DNA of 64,000 nt from Podarcis filfolensis (Eukaryota): the NCBI GenBank assembly GCA_964270895.1, contig OZ185438.1; one strand, 5' to 3'. Below, piece by piece: positions 38,180-51,565 of this stretch. Positions within the stretch are counted from its first letter, which is position 1; the number at the start of each line of letters is the position of its first letter. The position numbers and the translations under genes are program-made. Under the pieces are notes generated by a model that ran no database searches, was not told the origin of the DNA, and saw only the letters and a list, made by a program, of their open reading frames with translations.

Positions 38180-38750
38180 TGTAGACAAAGGGAGAGTTAA
38201 ACAGAGAAGAGTGTCCAAATTAAGCAGGTAGACACTGCCAGGATGAGGAGGAGCAAAGGAACCTGACTGAGAGAAGAGGTGCCCAATAGGAAAAAGCCCA
38301 GCACAGAACCAATGTGTGGTTCCTTCTTTACAGAAGGAATTCGAACAAGGAGGAAGTTGGTGGACACCTGCAGAGTGTTAGTTTCTGTGATCACTGTGCA
38401 GCTGCGTGGAGTCACAGGACTCTGTTTACATTCCAGAGACCTTCAAGTCTCACGGGAAAGGGAGATGGGATGTGACGTTAGTGGTTTCCTGTTTCCTTTG
38501 TTCCTTTGTTCAGTTGCTCTCTGCTTTCATAGAGAGAGGATGTCTTTTCTGTTCTGCATAGTTTAGAAATACAACTCTTTACAATGTAGCCAAACCTCTC
38601 GTCTCTTCCCTGTGCTGGGAACCCTGCTGGATAGAATGTGCTTGAGGCCTTATCAAAGGCTCAGGTCATTAAACACGTCGGAGGCGATTTCAGAGGCTCA
38701 GCTCGGAGGAAGATGAGGCCTTATTGGCTTGGCCGAGCGGAGTTCCGACA
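38180..38750. mobile_element. Solo LTR, 571 bp
   Basis: TGTAG...CCGACA termini, 5-bp TSD CAGAG/CAGAA (4/5), ATTAAA about 80 nt from right end. Confidence 0.7.
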
Positions 38751-38904
38751 CAGAACACCTGGGCTAGTGGGAAGGAGGCATCCACTATAATTTCCTACAG
38801 TGGGAGAAGGAGCAGGAGGATTTATTGGCAGACTTAATACCATAGTCCCAGCTCAGCTATAGGTGCATATGTTTAGGAAGTCCTTTGGGCAGAATCTTTC
38901 TTTA

Positions 38905-39055
38905 CCCAAGCTATGCACATTCAAAGCACACATTCCACCACCGCCCCTCAAAGAATTCTGGGCAATGTAGTTCACAGCCACACTTAACAAATTACAGTGC
39001 TCAGAATTCTTTGCAGGGGAAAATGTGTGCTTTGAATGTGGTTTTAAAGCATTAT
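38905..39055. repeat. Older palindromic repeat related to 16289-16445
   Basis: CACATTCAAAGCACACATT versus AATGTGTGCTTTGAATGTG perfect inverted repeat; AAAGAATTCTG/CAGAATTCTTT inner repeat. Confidence 0.6.
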
Positions 39056-39832
39056 GTATTTGCAGTCGCAGTATCAGTGATGTGAATTATACTCACTTCA
39101 AAGTAAGAACCACAACTTAATATTACTATGAGTCAGAACTCTGAATATTTTTTTTAACTATAGAAATGGTTTAACTCAGCAATCTTTCTACAAATAATTA
39201 AGGTTCTACAAATAATTACAATTCATTATAAATCTATTGCTTACATTTATAAGTTCATATGGCAGCTCAGCTTTTTGTATGAGCTTAAAATCATGTTGTT
39301 AATAAGTTTGTTCCTTCAACAAATTATCATTACTTCATTAATTGGAAATTTACAGTTGATTAGTAAATTAGCAACTGAAACCTTTGAGGAAGATTAATAA
39401 ATTCTAAGAAGATAAATAGAAAGAAATACTCTTAACAATGTAGGGACATTCAGTTCACTAAGTTGGACTCAGTAAACGTTTTTCCCCCTACTTTTGATAT
39501 TTGCGGTACAATTTTAACATAGAAGCGCCATGAAAATGGGTCGTTTTAAAAGCAATTGCCATTTCACTTTTAGCAGAGGAGCTGAAGGGTAGATTGTAAA
39601 TAAAAGCAGACTCAGCACTAAACACACTACTTTAAATTAGATACAAATCTTTCATTCTCGAGTGGTGTGAAGGAAAATGAGTCTTAGAAAAAAGGATGGA
39701 TTCTCTCTGTTCAGTAACTGCTGTGTATGAAATCTATGCTGACCTTGATTCAGGCACCTATGGGAAGTCTCACCGTCCCAGTTTACTTGGACAGCAAATT
39801 GAAAGGGTACCATCTAACCTTGAGATTTCAGG

Positions 39833-40055
39833 ATCATAGAATCACAGAATCAAAAAATTGTAGAGTTGGAAGGGATCCCGGGGGTCATCTAGTCCAACCC
39901 TCTGCAATGCAGCAGTCTCAGCTAGATCATACATGACAGATGGTCATCCAACCTCTGCTTAAAAACCTCCAAGGAAGGAGAGTCCACCACCTCTTTCGGA
40001 AGTCTGTTCCATTGTTGAACAGATCTTACTGTCAAAAACTTATTCCTGATGTTTA
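39833..40055 (-). mobile_element. CR1 LINE 3' fragment
   Basis: CATAGAATCACAGAATC = reverse of the CR1 (ATTCTRTG)n tail, followed by GTTGGAAGGGA...TCATCTAGTCCAACCC. Confidence 0.85.
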
Positions 40056-42649
40056 TGTTCCTATATTCAATTCTGATCTAAGTTTATGTAATAAAAAAGA
40101 AATACTTTCAAATCAGGCTTTCTTTCTTTCTTGCTTGCTTGCTTGCTTTCTGATTTTGCTAGCCTGGTCACTTTACAATCCTTCATTTCCTTTCTTTACT
40201 TTTCAACTGAAACACTACTTTGCCTGCAATAAACTCTTGCCAGGTGCGCCAGTGTCTGCATGCTACCAAATGCACCCATTTTTGCAGGAAGTTTTCTCTT
40301 CACACATAGCCACAAATATCTGCTTTCCCCAAGTCCAAATGTAGCTAGAGATGAAATATTAGTCAAACATTGATTAAAGTGCATCGTATAAATCACAGCT
40401 TCCTAGGAGAGCACTGATTTCCTTATGCAAGAAGCTCATGATTTATGGTTTGTATCCTTTAATATTGGGAAATAATGTTAGTAGCTGGCCCTTGTCATGA
40501 ATATAAATCACAGGCCTAGTTCACATGGTCAACTTTGTCTCCTAGTGATGTCCTCTGAGTGTCCCCAGGAACACGTTGCACTGAGAATGTATTATCTGAA
40601 TCAAGATCTGTTGGGATGCAGCAGCTGCCCTTTCTGATATTATTGCAGTTACAAAAGCTGTGGCGGCAACTACAAAGTGGCCGATTAATATAATGAAATG
40701 TATTCCAGAGTCATATGGCAGGTATTTTGAACTAGCTTGTGTTCCTTTGGGGTGCTGCATAGCAGCTAGTTGTTCTGAATCCCCGAAGTTTTCATGAAGT
40801 TATCCCTGATTGGAAGTTCTGATAAAATTACAGAACAAGTGGAATAACTAAATCTGATCACTTCATGGTCAGGAGACTTCCTACACAGTGTCAGCAGTTC
40901 ATCTGGCACAATGTTTGTATGACCTACAAAGGGAGCTGATTAAGTTTTAATGTATTGATATTGGTCCCTTTGGTCTCTTTTTTAAATAAAAAAAACTTGG
41001 CAATGAAATCTTTAGCTCTAATTAAGTAGGAGAAACAATGACCCTTCTAAAGCTGTAACACTTAGAATGATATTTGCACTTGTAAAATGTTTGAAATTGT
41101 GTCTGCAAACCAATTCTCATTAAGTGTACGAATATCTTTGTCAGAGGTCTTAGAGAAGCCGGAGCCATCCAGCGTTTTTCTTTCCTTATTGTTACTATTT
41201 TTTAAAGTGTTAATTGGCCTGTCTAAGGCGCAAAAAAAGTTGACTCTGGAGTATTATCTCGCAAATGAAAGATTTGCTGCTGTTGTATGAAACTGTGATT
41301 CAGATATATTCCGCTCTGTGTAGTCCTGTAACAATCCAGCAGTCACAACAAGAAATAAAAGCTATGCATGCCCCTTAAGAATCAACTAAACTGACCATTA
41401 TGGATTGGAGGTTGTGGGCTAAAGGAAGGGGAAATTGTTTGGGATGACTGCTGACAAATGCATGTTCACACAAATGTGTGAAAGTCATGAGATATAATAA
41501 GATTTCCAAACTCCTGTAGCTGTTGTCTATCTTGGACAGCTATTAGCAGAAATTCTAGTGAGACGTGACCCTTGGTGAAACTATGATGCAATTAGTAGTA
41601 TTTGATCATTAGTTGAGTGAATTTCTTTGCCAAGAAACAGCTCTATTCATCCTCAATTAATTACAAAGACCTAACCTCAAAAACAAAACTTGGCAGCCGT
41701 AAGGAAATCCCCATATCTAGTGAATTATAGGGTACCTCTGGTAAGGAAACCATTAACGCAATAAATGTAACCACAACGTGCTTCGCATATTGTAGTGCCT
41801 CTTGCCTTGCCCATTCTTAATAGAAAACTATTCTCCTTCTTAAAAAAAATAAATCATTATATACAGCTCTTGAATGGTGAAATCATTGTGTTGAAAGTCA
41901 ACACTTTCTCAGTAAATTTGGCTTTGTGGCTTTGGCTATGTTCTGTAAGCCAAATAGCAAAATAGTCCATGGCATAATACCATCTGGTTAGGCAACAGTG
42001 AAATACCACATTACTATCCTTGACTCTGCTGGCGATTAGGAATCACTTGGGAGAGTTTTTAGTGGACATTTGCCTCACAATTTTACAGCTGCATTCAGGT
42101 TAGAAATTGCACAAGGATGATAATAAAACAGTATGTATCATATATGCTGAATACAGTGTGTAAGGCAACATCTGCCACCCTTCCAGATGTTTTGAACTAC
42201 AACCTGTCATTCCCAGGCAGCATGAGAGAATACCAGCATGGCAAAGTTGTGCATGGCTCCAGTATGACTGATCTTTGTACTCCATGTGCTCTGCAAAGCT
42301 CCATCCATTCCCTATCCATCTACGATTGTTGGACAAGTACAATCTAACTATCCAGTTTTCTACTGTTGGCATGAAGGTGTACCCGCTTTTTCTCCCTTCA
42401 GGTGGCACAGAGCACATGCTTCGCTTTTGGAAACTAAATATCTGGCATCTCCAGCTAAAGTATCTCAATAAGACACACCTGCACTCAATATTTTGCAGTG
42501 ACTGTCCATCAGAATAGAAAAGGGACTATTGCTCTGACACTGTATAAAATAGAGCCTTGTACATATGGACATTTTCCTAAGTGCTCTGCATCACCTAACT
42601 AGAAATTCTGGCAGCTTTCAGAATTCAGAGATCTCAGTAGCTAACAGCA

Positions 42650-42735
42650 CAAAAATATATACTTCTACTCAGAAGTAATCCTCATTGAGTTCAATGGGAC
42701 TCAGTCCCAGGAAAGTAGATAAAGGATTGCACTTT
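42650..42735. repeat. Short palindromic repeat (AATCCTA...AGGATT family)
   Basis: ACTCAGAAGTAATCCTCATTGAGTTCAATGGGAC...AGGATTGCA. Confidence 0.5.
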
Positions 42736-43310
42736 AAAACTATTTTATTGCTTGTTTTTTGATATCACTAGTACTGAGGGCTTTCTGCCAAGTTTCTAAT
42801 AATTCTGTTGTTTGGTGCGTGTTTAGAATTAAACAATTGCACTATGTGCATTCTACTGAGGAACATCACATATCAGTTTTTGAAAAAATATAAAGACAAT
42901 CTTGTTTGATTAATGTTATTCTAAAGAAGAGTGTTAGTGGATTCTTGTGCAGCAAAGCTAATCTAAGTGAATTAGTCAATATAAACTCAAGTCCTAACTC
43001 CAGAGAAAAGCAATAGCCAACAGCTGTTTTGTATTTTGATAGGAGGGCTTTCATTTGACCTTATTCCAGCTTTGGCATTTCTATATGCTTTCATCTTAAC
43101 TATCCATTGTCAGATTTAAGCATATTACTGTCATGTAAGATTTGTTAGTATAGCATCTCAAGACTAAAGCATACTATCAAGCATGATGAATATTTTCTTC
43201 ATGTAACTCGGCAATATCTACTGCAAAATTGTCATTTGTTCTAAGTCCTGATGTATGGCAGTGATCACAAAAAGATTATGGTAGCCTTCCAGATAGATCC
43301 CTATAAATTA

Positions 43311-43479
43311 CCGTATTTTTTGCACCATAACACTCACTTTTTTCCTCCTAAAAAGTAGGGGGAAATGTCTGTGCGTGTTATGGAGGGAATGCCTACGGGT
43401 GGCATGCCTACGGATTTTCCTCCTCTAAAAACTACGTGCGTGTTATGGTCGGGTGCGTGTTATAGAGCGAAAAATACGG
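43311..43479. mobile_element. Tc2/Kanga-like MITE, 169 bp
   Basis: 27-bp TIRs CCGTATTTTTTGCACCATAACACTCAC/GTGCGTGTTATAGAGCGAAAAATACGG, TA duplication, three GTGCGTGTTAT subterminal repeats. Confidence 0.85.
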
Positions 43480-43940
43480 TAGTAGCCAACTGCTCACACC
43501 TATTGTTAGTAAGGGAAAAAACAAAGCCTTTCCTACCTGACTACCCAAGGGGGGTAGATTTTTACTTGCCACAGGCAATCAGGCTAGCATCTGTTTAAAT
43601 GTCTGTCCACCAGACATCTATGCTTCCTAGCTTTCAAGTTATATTGGATTTCCCACACACAGAGAGAGTATACAGCCAGGGGCTTCAAATGGTACAGAGT
43701 AAAACCAGTGAGTTTATTCAGAAGATTTGCATTGATGTTTTAAGCCATTTCTTCCTATATACTGTTATGAGTTTGTGAGGCGCCAGCTACCGCTCAATTC
43801 CTGTGTCTAATAAAAGTTAGAATTAATCAATGCTTGGAGAGTTAGACTGAAAATTGGTTGAAATAGTCTGACTCAGCTTTCCCTATCCAGGAAGCTACCT
43901 GGGAGAAGAACCATCAAAGGGAACAAAGCTAATAATGGCA

Positions 43941-43998
43941 GAGGTGGACTAGATGACACTTGGGGTGCCTCTACAATTCTGAGATTGTATGATTCTGT
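43941..43998 (+). mobile_element. CR1 3' tail remnant
   Basis: GGTGGACTAGATGAC...ATTCTGAGATTGTATGATTCTGT. Confidence 0.6.
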
Positions 43999-44964
43999 AC
44001 ATGGATCCTTGAAGGATCAGATCATGTGTCCTTCTAGTCTAGCATTCCACTTTCATATGACTACCCAGCTGCTCCCATGAAACCCACAAGCATGGTAGGC
44101 ATCTCCTCCAGGATATTGTATGTGCTTTAGAAGTTTTATATAATTCAAAAATCAGGCAACAAATACCCTAAATAAACAAGAAAACATTTACTTTTGGGCT
44201 TTTAAAATGGATAAGTAATAGCACTTAGCTTCCCTCTCAGGTCATACTGTTGTGTTACCTTGTCAATGCACACTGTCATTTTGGTAATTTTCACAAATCA
44301 CAATAAAAAACAAATCTTTTGCAGACTTGCATCAGTTCATAGCAAATGTAATAACCCCAATTCAAATCAACTTCATTTTTAGTCTGACCTGAGGCTACGT
44401 CTGCAGAATGTCAACTTTTATTATAACTATGGGTGCAGATGTGTATCTGACCAATGAGACTTCTAGAGCTCCCACTCTAGGATTTTGACTAAAGTAAAGC
44501 CTGAGCTGAATTTAGTGGTTCACGCTCAAGTAAAAACATCCAAGGGAAGTCGAGGAAGTTTCAGTGAGATGAAATAAATTTCTCAGGGGGCTTTTATACA
44601 TCTCTTGCTGCTCTACATTACAATGACTAAGCTTTACTCGCCCTGACTTTCTGTGTGGACATGTTAGCTTCCCAATAAAGTATAACTGCAATTGACTCAA
44701 TGTTGGTTAAGACTTTGTATTATGAAGAGCAATACTTTTAAATTAACTTTGGGTGCCAGATAATTTTCTCATCTGATATTTGGTTTCCCTACTACCTAAA
44801 GCAATACTGTTAAATCGCAAAGTGAAATCTTCATGCTAATCCTCACTGCTCCGTAGCTTTATGAGCATAAAACCCTGACATTCTCAGGTGCTCTTTTTAT
44901 TATGAATAGGTTGATTGAGCAGAGCAGAGTGTTGAGAAAACTGTTAGTGTGATATAAGGCTTTT

Positions 44965-45095
44965 GGTCACTGGTGTGCTTTCAGGCTAGACTGGAAATGA
45001 TCAGTCGTGCGTGGGTTCAATCCCCACCTTGGGCAAAAGATTCCTCTATTGCAGGGGGTTGGAAACCTCATGATTCCTTCCGTGATTCTGTGATC
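44965..45095 (+). mobile_element. Degraded tRNA-headed SINE with CR1-type tail
   Basis: B-box-like GGTTCAATCC at 45014-45023, then TTGCAGGGGGTTGG and GATTCTGTGAT tail. Confidence 0.5.
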
Positions 45096-46091
45096 CAGTG
45101 TTCACATGTATGTTAGCTGTGTAAGTGTGAGAAAGAGCAATTCTCCTAGAAGATTGTAAATTAGAGATTCCAGACTTTCACTACATGGAGAAGAATAGCT
45201 TTGAGGAAAAGAAAAGAAAAAGAAAACATCAAGATTAGTTTTCCATCTTTGAATAATATTGTAAATTCGCAAACAGTCAGAGACATAGGATTTCTTGTAT
45301 AGAATTTAAAACCTTACCATATCTTCCAGGATAGTTTTGAATTATTGATGATAAAATGCTTCCCACACTTTCTAGCACATCAGCAGTATGCAGACCAACT
45401 GGGCTCTTACATATTTTAATTACTAGAGAAGTGCACAGAAAGTCATTGTATAAAGGCACTATTTCAAAGGGTTTTGTAGTCAGTGTGGTTGTTACATGTC
45501 TCTGTCAAGGTTGTAGTGACATGAAAGCTAAATATTTAACTATCCACTTCTTTTCCATTAATCACTGTGTTGCCAAGAAAAGGGTCTTACAGAGATAAAT
45601 GACTTAACATCAGAGATGTGGGGTGCAGATACACAATGGACAAAATCAGCTATTTTAGGGCAGCATGGATCCAGTTAACAGAGAATGTCCTCAATGGCAT
45701 CTAGGAAAAAGGGTTCAATAAAAATATTCATAGCAACTACTCTAGTCCGCAAATGCCTATGCCATAATAAATTTGATGGCCTTTAAGTTGCTACAAATTG
45801 CTGTGCTGTTTCAAAATACTGTCCCATACAGCTATTTCGGTATGTTATATAGAGAATTATCATTATCATTTTGTGCTGTAATTTGTTCAGCTTCACAATC
45901 TATAGCCTGGGATTGTGCATGAAATGGAACAGGCATGTTAAAGGCCAAATGCCTATACTGTAGTGGAAAGATTTTGCCTGGCACTATCAACCATCCCATC
46001 CCCGCTTTTAATGTATCTATGTAGGGGTTTGTTTTGTTTGTTTGTTAAGCTGCTTTGGGTCGTCTGTGGAAGATAAAGCAACTAACATCAG

Positions 46092-46092
46092 C

Positions 46093-46131
<39 letters not shown>

Positions 46132-46143
46132 AATAATAATAAT
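46092..46143. repeat. (CAA)n(TAA)n microsatellite
   Basis: Direct reading; follows an L2/SINE-like tail motif (TAAGCTGCTTTGGGTC). Confidence 0.9.
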
Positions 46144-46230
46144 AGGAGTTTGGAGTCAAGAATAGATAATTTATAATTTTGCATAGGAACAAACAAAACC
46201 AATAACTACACCCAGTTTAAAAGACTATTA

Positions 46231-47287
46231 CAGTGGTACCTCTGGTTATGTACTTAATTCATTCCGGAGGTCCATTCTTAACCTGAAACTGTTTTTAACC
46301 TGAGGTACCACTTTAGCTAATGGGACCTCCTGCTGCTGCCGTGCCGCCGCCACGCAATTTCTGTTCTCATCCTGAAGCAAAGTTCTTAACCCGAGGTACT
46401 ATTTGCGTGTTGAGTCCCACAATGCCACCCCCAACAAAATTCACACTTCACACATCAATTTTTGTTTAAGGTTTTTGGCATAATTTTGGCCACAACTTTA
46501 TTCAAAATACAAAAAATGTGAGTGGTTGCTTAGGCATTGGTTATGACTATCTGTCCTTGCCCTCAAGGACAGAGCTGGCCTTCCGGACACCAACGGAAGC
46601 CAGCGTGGGAAACAAGTATTGGGTGAGAAAATGGAGCTGAGCCACAGACCCTCACTTCTCACCCTCATGTTCCTGTGGGGCTTGCACGGCCCAAGTCCGA
46701 CTCCGGGGACAAGGACGAAAAGAATGGCAAGCCCCTGGATTCCTTTAATGGAATTCCCTTTCCGCATCATTTGGAGGGATAGGCACTTACCCCTCCAAGA
46801 ACCAATTTAACCAATGCCTAACCGCCAACCTTACAAGTTGTGACGATTTGCTACGCAGTAGGCAAAAACCAAATGGCACCAGCCAATCAGCCAAATGGCA
46901 AAATTCCTACCAGGCCCCCGCTCCAAGGCGGACGACCCCATGACAGGCATAGCAAGGTCAAGCAATCAAGAAAAACCACCCTATAAAAGGGAGGGAGGGC
47001 GGGTGATCCGGTGCAAAACGGCCAAGAGGACGTCCAACGTCTGGCCCCTGTATTTAAAGACTCTGACCCCTCCTCCAAATTGGCAACAATCAAAACTCCC
47101 CAGCAACCCAAATTTAACCACTTAAAGGCTTGGGTTCCTTACCAAATTTGCCTAGTCACTGCAGGGTGGCCTGTTCCCCCAACCGCAACACGTGCTCTCT
47201 GTTAGGGAGAACACGCTTTCTGGGTTAGGGGAATCTGTAACCTGAAACATATGTAACTTGAAGTGTATGTAACCCGAGGTACCACTG
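46231..47287 (+). mobile_element. Tigger-like MITE family A, copy 5, split by an 812-bp insertion
   Basis: Left part 46231-46404 and right part 47217-47287 rejoin to give GAGGTACTATTTCTGGGTTAG, the family's internal motif; TIRs and TA intact. Confidence 0.9.
46405..47216. mobile_element. 812-bp non-coding insertion, possibly derived from a DIRS/Ngaro tyrosine-recombinase retroelement
   Basis: TTT on both sides where the MITE has one TTT; 7-bp terminal inverted repeat GCGTGTT/AACACGC; internal 14-bp inverted repeat; the insertion is certain but the class is inferred. Confidence 0.6.
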
Positions 47288-47299
47288 TACTTGTTTAAC

Positions 47300-47680
47300 T
47301 AGCCAAAGCCCTGAGATAAGAGGAATGTTTTTGCCTGGTGATTCTTCCTGAGAAGAGCATTCCACAGATGGGGAGAAGGCCTGTTTTCATGTTGCCACCC
47401 TCTAGACCTCTCGTGGAGGCGACTCTTGAAAATGGGCCTCAGGTTTTGATCACAGACCAATTAATATGGAAGAGGTGTTCCTTGAGGTACTGTGGTCCTG
47501 AGCTGTTTAAGGTCAAAACCAGCACTTTGAATTGCACCCAAATACTAATTGGCAGCCTGTGAAGTTGGGCCAGGATCGGTGAGCCCTGGTGAGCAACTTG
47601 GCTGCTGAATTCTGCACCAGCTGAAGTTTCTGAACTGTCTTCAGAGGCATCCCCACATATGATGCATTGCAGTAATCTAA
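47300..47680 (-). mobile_element. Degraded L2 ORF2 C-terminal fragment
   Basis: Reverse complement gives LDYCNASYVGMPLKTVQKLQLVQNSAA and FKVLVL motifs. Confidence 0.8.
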
Positions 47681-50600
47681 GGTGTTACTTTTGTGTTACT
47701 TTGTCAAATGTTTCTCTGTTTACCATGGCAATTCTTTGGGAGGTGTTGGAAAACAGGACCCATCTGTATACACTAATTAAATTCTAGTGGGAGGTGCTAA
47801 AGTCTTTTTTTTTAAGGTCATGAAATTAAAACAGAGAGTGAAGTGAGGCAGTTTTACATTACCTAAAAATCTCTAAACACAAACAGTGAACCACCCAGTC
47901 ACTCAAGAATGCAACACAGCTCCCTTTAATCTTGTATACTAATAAATAATGTTAGAAGTGGTGTATAAATAAACCATTAACCTTAATTTCAGTGACGTTT
48001 CCAGAGGAAGGAAGGTAATTAGTTTGTCAGGATAAAGGAAGAAAGGCTGTGTGTCAAAGCTGAGGGAGGTAGAGGTGAGAACCAAAACTTGTATTATAGT
48101 GATCACTGGCTGCTTATAATTACTGCCATCTTTGGCCCCATAGCTTTTCATGTCGTCCTATTCACATGCATAGATTACAAACCTCTTAACAGAGGGAAAA
48201 AAATAAGTGCAGAAGCTAGGGCATAGCAGAGGCCAGTCTTTTCTAGCTGTGCATCTAACTCCCTTCTGCAATGCCCCAGTTGCAGCTCTTCAAATTGCTC
48301 AAGTGACGCCTTACAATTCACAACCAAACAGGCTAAGTCCCAGGGAGCTGGCTGAATATATTGCTTTTGATTAGCACTGCAGAATCATGCCTTTTTAGCT
48401 CAAGAAAGTTCCTGTAAGGTGTCTCTCCTGGGAAACTCCTTTTAGAAATCTCTGCATTTTTCGCAGCCAGAGGGGGGAAATCCAAGGCTTCTTTGTTCGC
48501 TGTTCATAGTCAGCCATGATTTCTAGTCGAATGCAAGGGAGAGAATAAGTGACATAGTAATTTTTTATCATAGTTTCTGTCAAAGGAAGTTTTTAAAGGT
48601 GAAAGCTTAAAAGTAAAATCATCCTTTAATTTATATGTTGGGAACTTGTAATATTTTATTAAAACAGTATTTTAGGGTAGCAAATAACAACAGTTAACAC
48701 CAAAGTTCGTAATTACCTGGTTAAGAGTATGAATAGGTGCAGTTTGCAATGCTTCACTGTATTATACGTATATCCTAATTTGCCCCAAATCCTTCTCTTT
48801 CAAGCTAGCTAGGCTGCTTTATTGTTTCATGCACAGAAGTTATTTAATTGAAGTTTACCTTCAATGAAATTCTTTTTTATTGCTTTGAAGTAAGTGACTG
48901 TATCACCCAACCAATCAGTCTTCTCCACGTTGAATTTATTCTATTTGAGCAGTCCTCCTAATTGTTATTATATTGATATATTTAATTTGGGCCATTCACT
49001 TGAATATTTAGGGGGGGGGGAGTTTTGTGTGGTTGTGGTACCCCTCATCCAGATCTGCAAACCTCTGTTGGTCCTGAGTTTCTTTATTTTGGTAAAGGGG
49101 GATCAGTTGTCTTTCCAGACAACTCTCAGTCATGGCTGCGGCTGGGTAGTTTAAATCCCAGGTAAGCAATATGATAAGGCACATATGTGGGACAACATCT
49201 CCATGCATGTAGAGGCACTACAAGCCAGGGCTAAATTCATGGAAAACTAATAATTCCACCCCCACCAGATGCTCACTGAAAGAGATCATAAAAACCAAGC
49301 CAATTTCAAATACAGCCAGTGCAAGTTCTCCTGTCTCAGCAAATAGCTTTCTCTCTGTGTGGGTGAAGGTATATTAAGTTTTCATGTTTTCATACAAATG
49401 GGGCAGTGCGAAAATGCTCCAGCCTGCAGCTGCAACTCCATAGCAAACCACCAGTATTGCATACAATACTTCTATTTATGTAGTTGTTAGCTCCTACTCT
49501 AAAGCGGACAAACACCGGCTCCCTCAGCCTGAAGCGACATGAGGACCGCCCTCCTTATAGTCAAATTTCACTGGATTTAACCATCCATGGGTCCTTTTTG
49601 CCTTATCCAATTTGTACGTGGCTCCACTATATGTAAATGTGAATGTACCGACAGCTCATTGTTTTTATATTTCTGCATTATTTCCCTTGTTACATAATTA
49701 TTATTATTATATATTTATTTATACCCCACCATTTCTCTCGGTGGGACTCAGCAGAGATCTATGTTGAACAACATCCTATGAAATAATAATAAAATAACAT
49801 TATATAATAATATACCTTACAAACCTAACAAGCAAAACAGCACATAAGGAGTGGAGGGTATATTCCCAATCCTGTAATAAATCGCCCCCACATCACTCCA
49901 TGTCTTTTGGGAAGGGTGGGTTGCACCTTGCTTCCCTGTGCACTGTGGTCGCGAGTCAAATCATTGCAGGGCCATACTTAGTATCAACGTAAAGCAAAAC
50001 CAAATAAATAAATGCTTTTTTCAGACTAAAACAGAAGTTCCACACTGGTCTGTCCATTTATTCAGTTACCTAGGACTTACTAGGAACTTGTCAATATCTG
50101 TTAGTGTTTGAATATTTTTATCTGTTGCTATTAACATCTGTTAAATGTTCATTTGTTTAGATAATAAAAAAGCTAGCCATTATCACATTATGGCAAGATG
50201 ACAGATTTCCTAGTGGATAGAAGACATTTTAAATGCCATTTTAGTAGAAATAAACAATATCAGTACAACTATAAATCAAAGCAAACTCAATGTAGCTGTA
50301 TACAGCATTCCTCAATTATGTAATGTTATTGTCCTGAAGCATCTTCATTTTTCTAGGTTCTTCTGCTGTGCTCAGTACATGAAAATAAATGAAAAATTAA
50401 TTTAGAATCCATGAGGCTGAATGCAATATTAATGACCCTCTCCTTGTTATGAAAAAGAAAACTGGATTGGAAATCTTGATCACCAATCAGTTTCTTCTTT
50501 GCAAAGAATTCTGGTGAAACTGAATACACTCACGTAAAAGTAGGTTAGCTCACTGTATTAATAAAGTTACACAACACTAAGTGCTTGATGCTGAAGCCAT

Positions 50601-50871
50601 GAGCATTCAAATTCAGTACCACAGAAACCCATTGAGTACTTTTGTGCACAGATATGCACAGATTTGCTGTACATCTCACCTGTCCTGTCAAGACAGCAAT
50701 GTGGACATGGTGAATAAGCCAAGGAAAAATGTAGATTGGCACTGTGAAGCCTGATTCTACGTGGAGCAGCAGTAGCAGTGATTTTCAACAACAGCACCTT
50801 CCATGATCAGGTTGCTGCTTAGGGCCCAACTGCCTTGTTGCGTTGCATTGTAAATTGTTGCAAACTCTGTA

Positions 50872-51083
50872 CAGTGGAACCTCGTGTTACGAACGGGATC
50901 CTTTCCTGAGGCCTGTCCGTAACACAGAACTGACCCAAGCTGAAGCGCCGTATCTGTGCACACGCACAGCATGGTTTAGTGCTTCTGCACATGCGCGAGC
51001 GGCGAAACCCGGAAGTAACCCATTCTGGTACTACATGGGACGAAACACGTAACCTGAAGCGGACACAACATGAGGTATGACTG
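50872..51083 (+). mobile_element. Tigger-like MITE, related family B
   Basis: CAGTGGAACCTCGTGTTAC versus ACAACATGAGGTATGACTG, TA on both sides, shares TAACCTGAAGCG with family A. Confidence 0.75.
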
Positions 51084-51200
51084 TATCCTATGCCCTTTAT
51101 CCATTTTGCACAAGTAGTTCAAAGAACTCCATTTGCAATTCTAGGGTGTGTGTTTTTGCATAGCTAGTTCCCATTAACACTGCATATAAAAAGATAGCTA

Positions 51201-51565
51201 AACCAATGCCTAACCGCCTAACCTTACAAAGTTGTGACTATTGCTAATAGGTAGGCAAAAACCAAGTGGCCACAGCCAATCTGCCACATTGGAAAAAATT
51301 CCTACCTGGCCCCCATTCCAAAACAGGCAACCAACCAAAGTCCAAAGCAAGGCCAAACACGACCTAATTAATGGGTGGGTGGGCGGGTGTTCGGCAGCGC
51401 GAAGCAAAAGGAGGTCCCTACGTCACGCTGCCAAATAGATACCCCTAACCCCCAACCTTGCCACACTGCTGATTGGCTAAAGGCCATTGGCATAACTGTG
51501 GCCCCGCCCAAAACCCGGTTAGGGAAGAGTTTCAGGGCTGATCCAACATTGCAAGGGTTGGAGGC
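51201..51565. mobile_element. Diverged relative of the right-hand module of the 46405-47216 insertion
   Basis: AACCAATGCCTAACCGCC(T)AACCTTACAA...TTCCTACC(A/T)GGCCCCC aligns with 46809-46920 at roughly 80% by eye; right end approximate. Confidence 0.65.
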
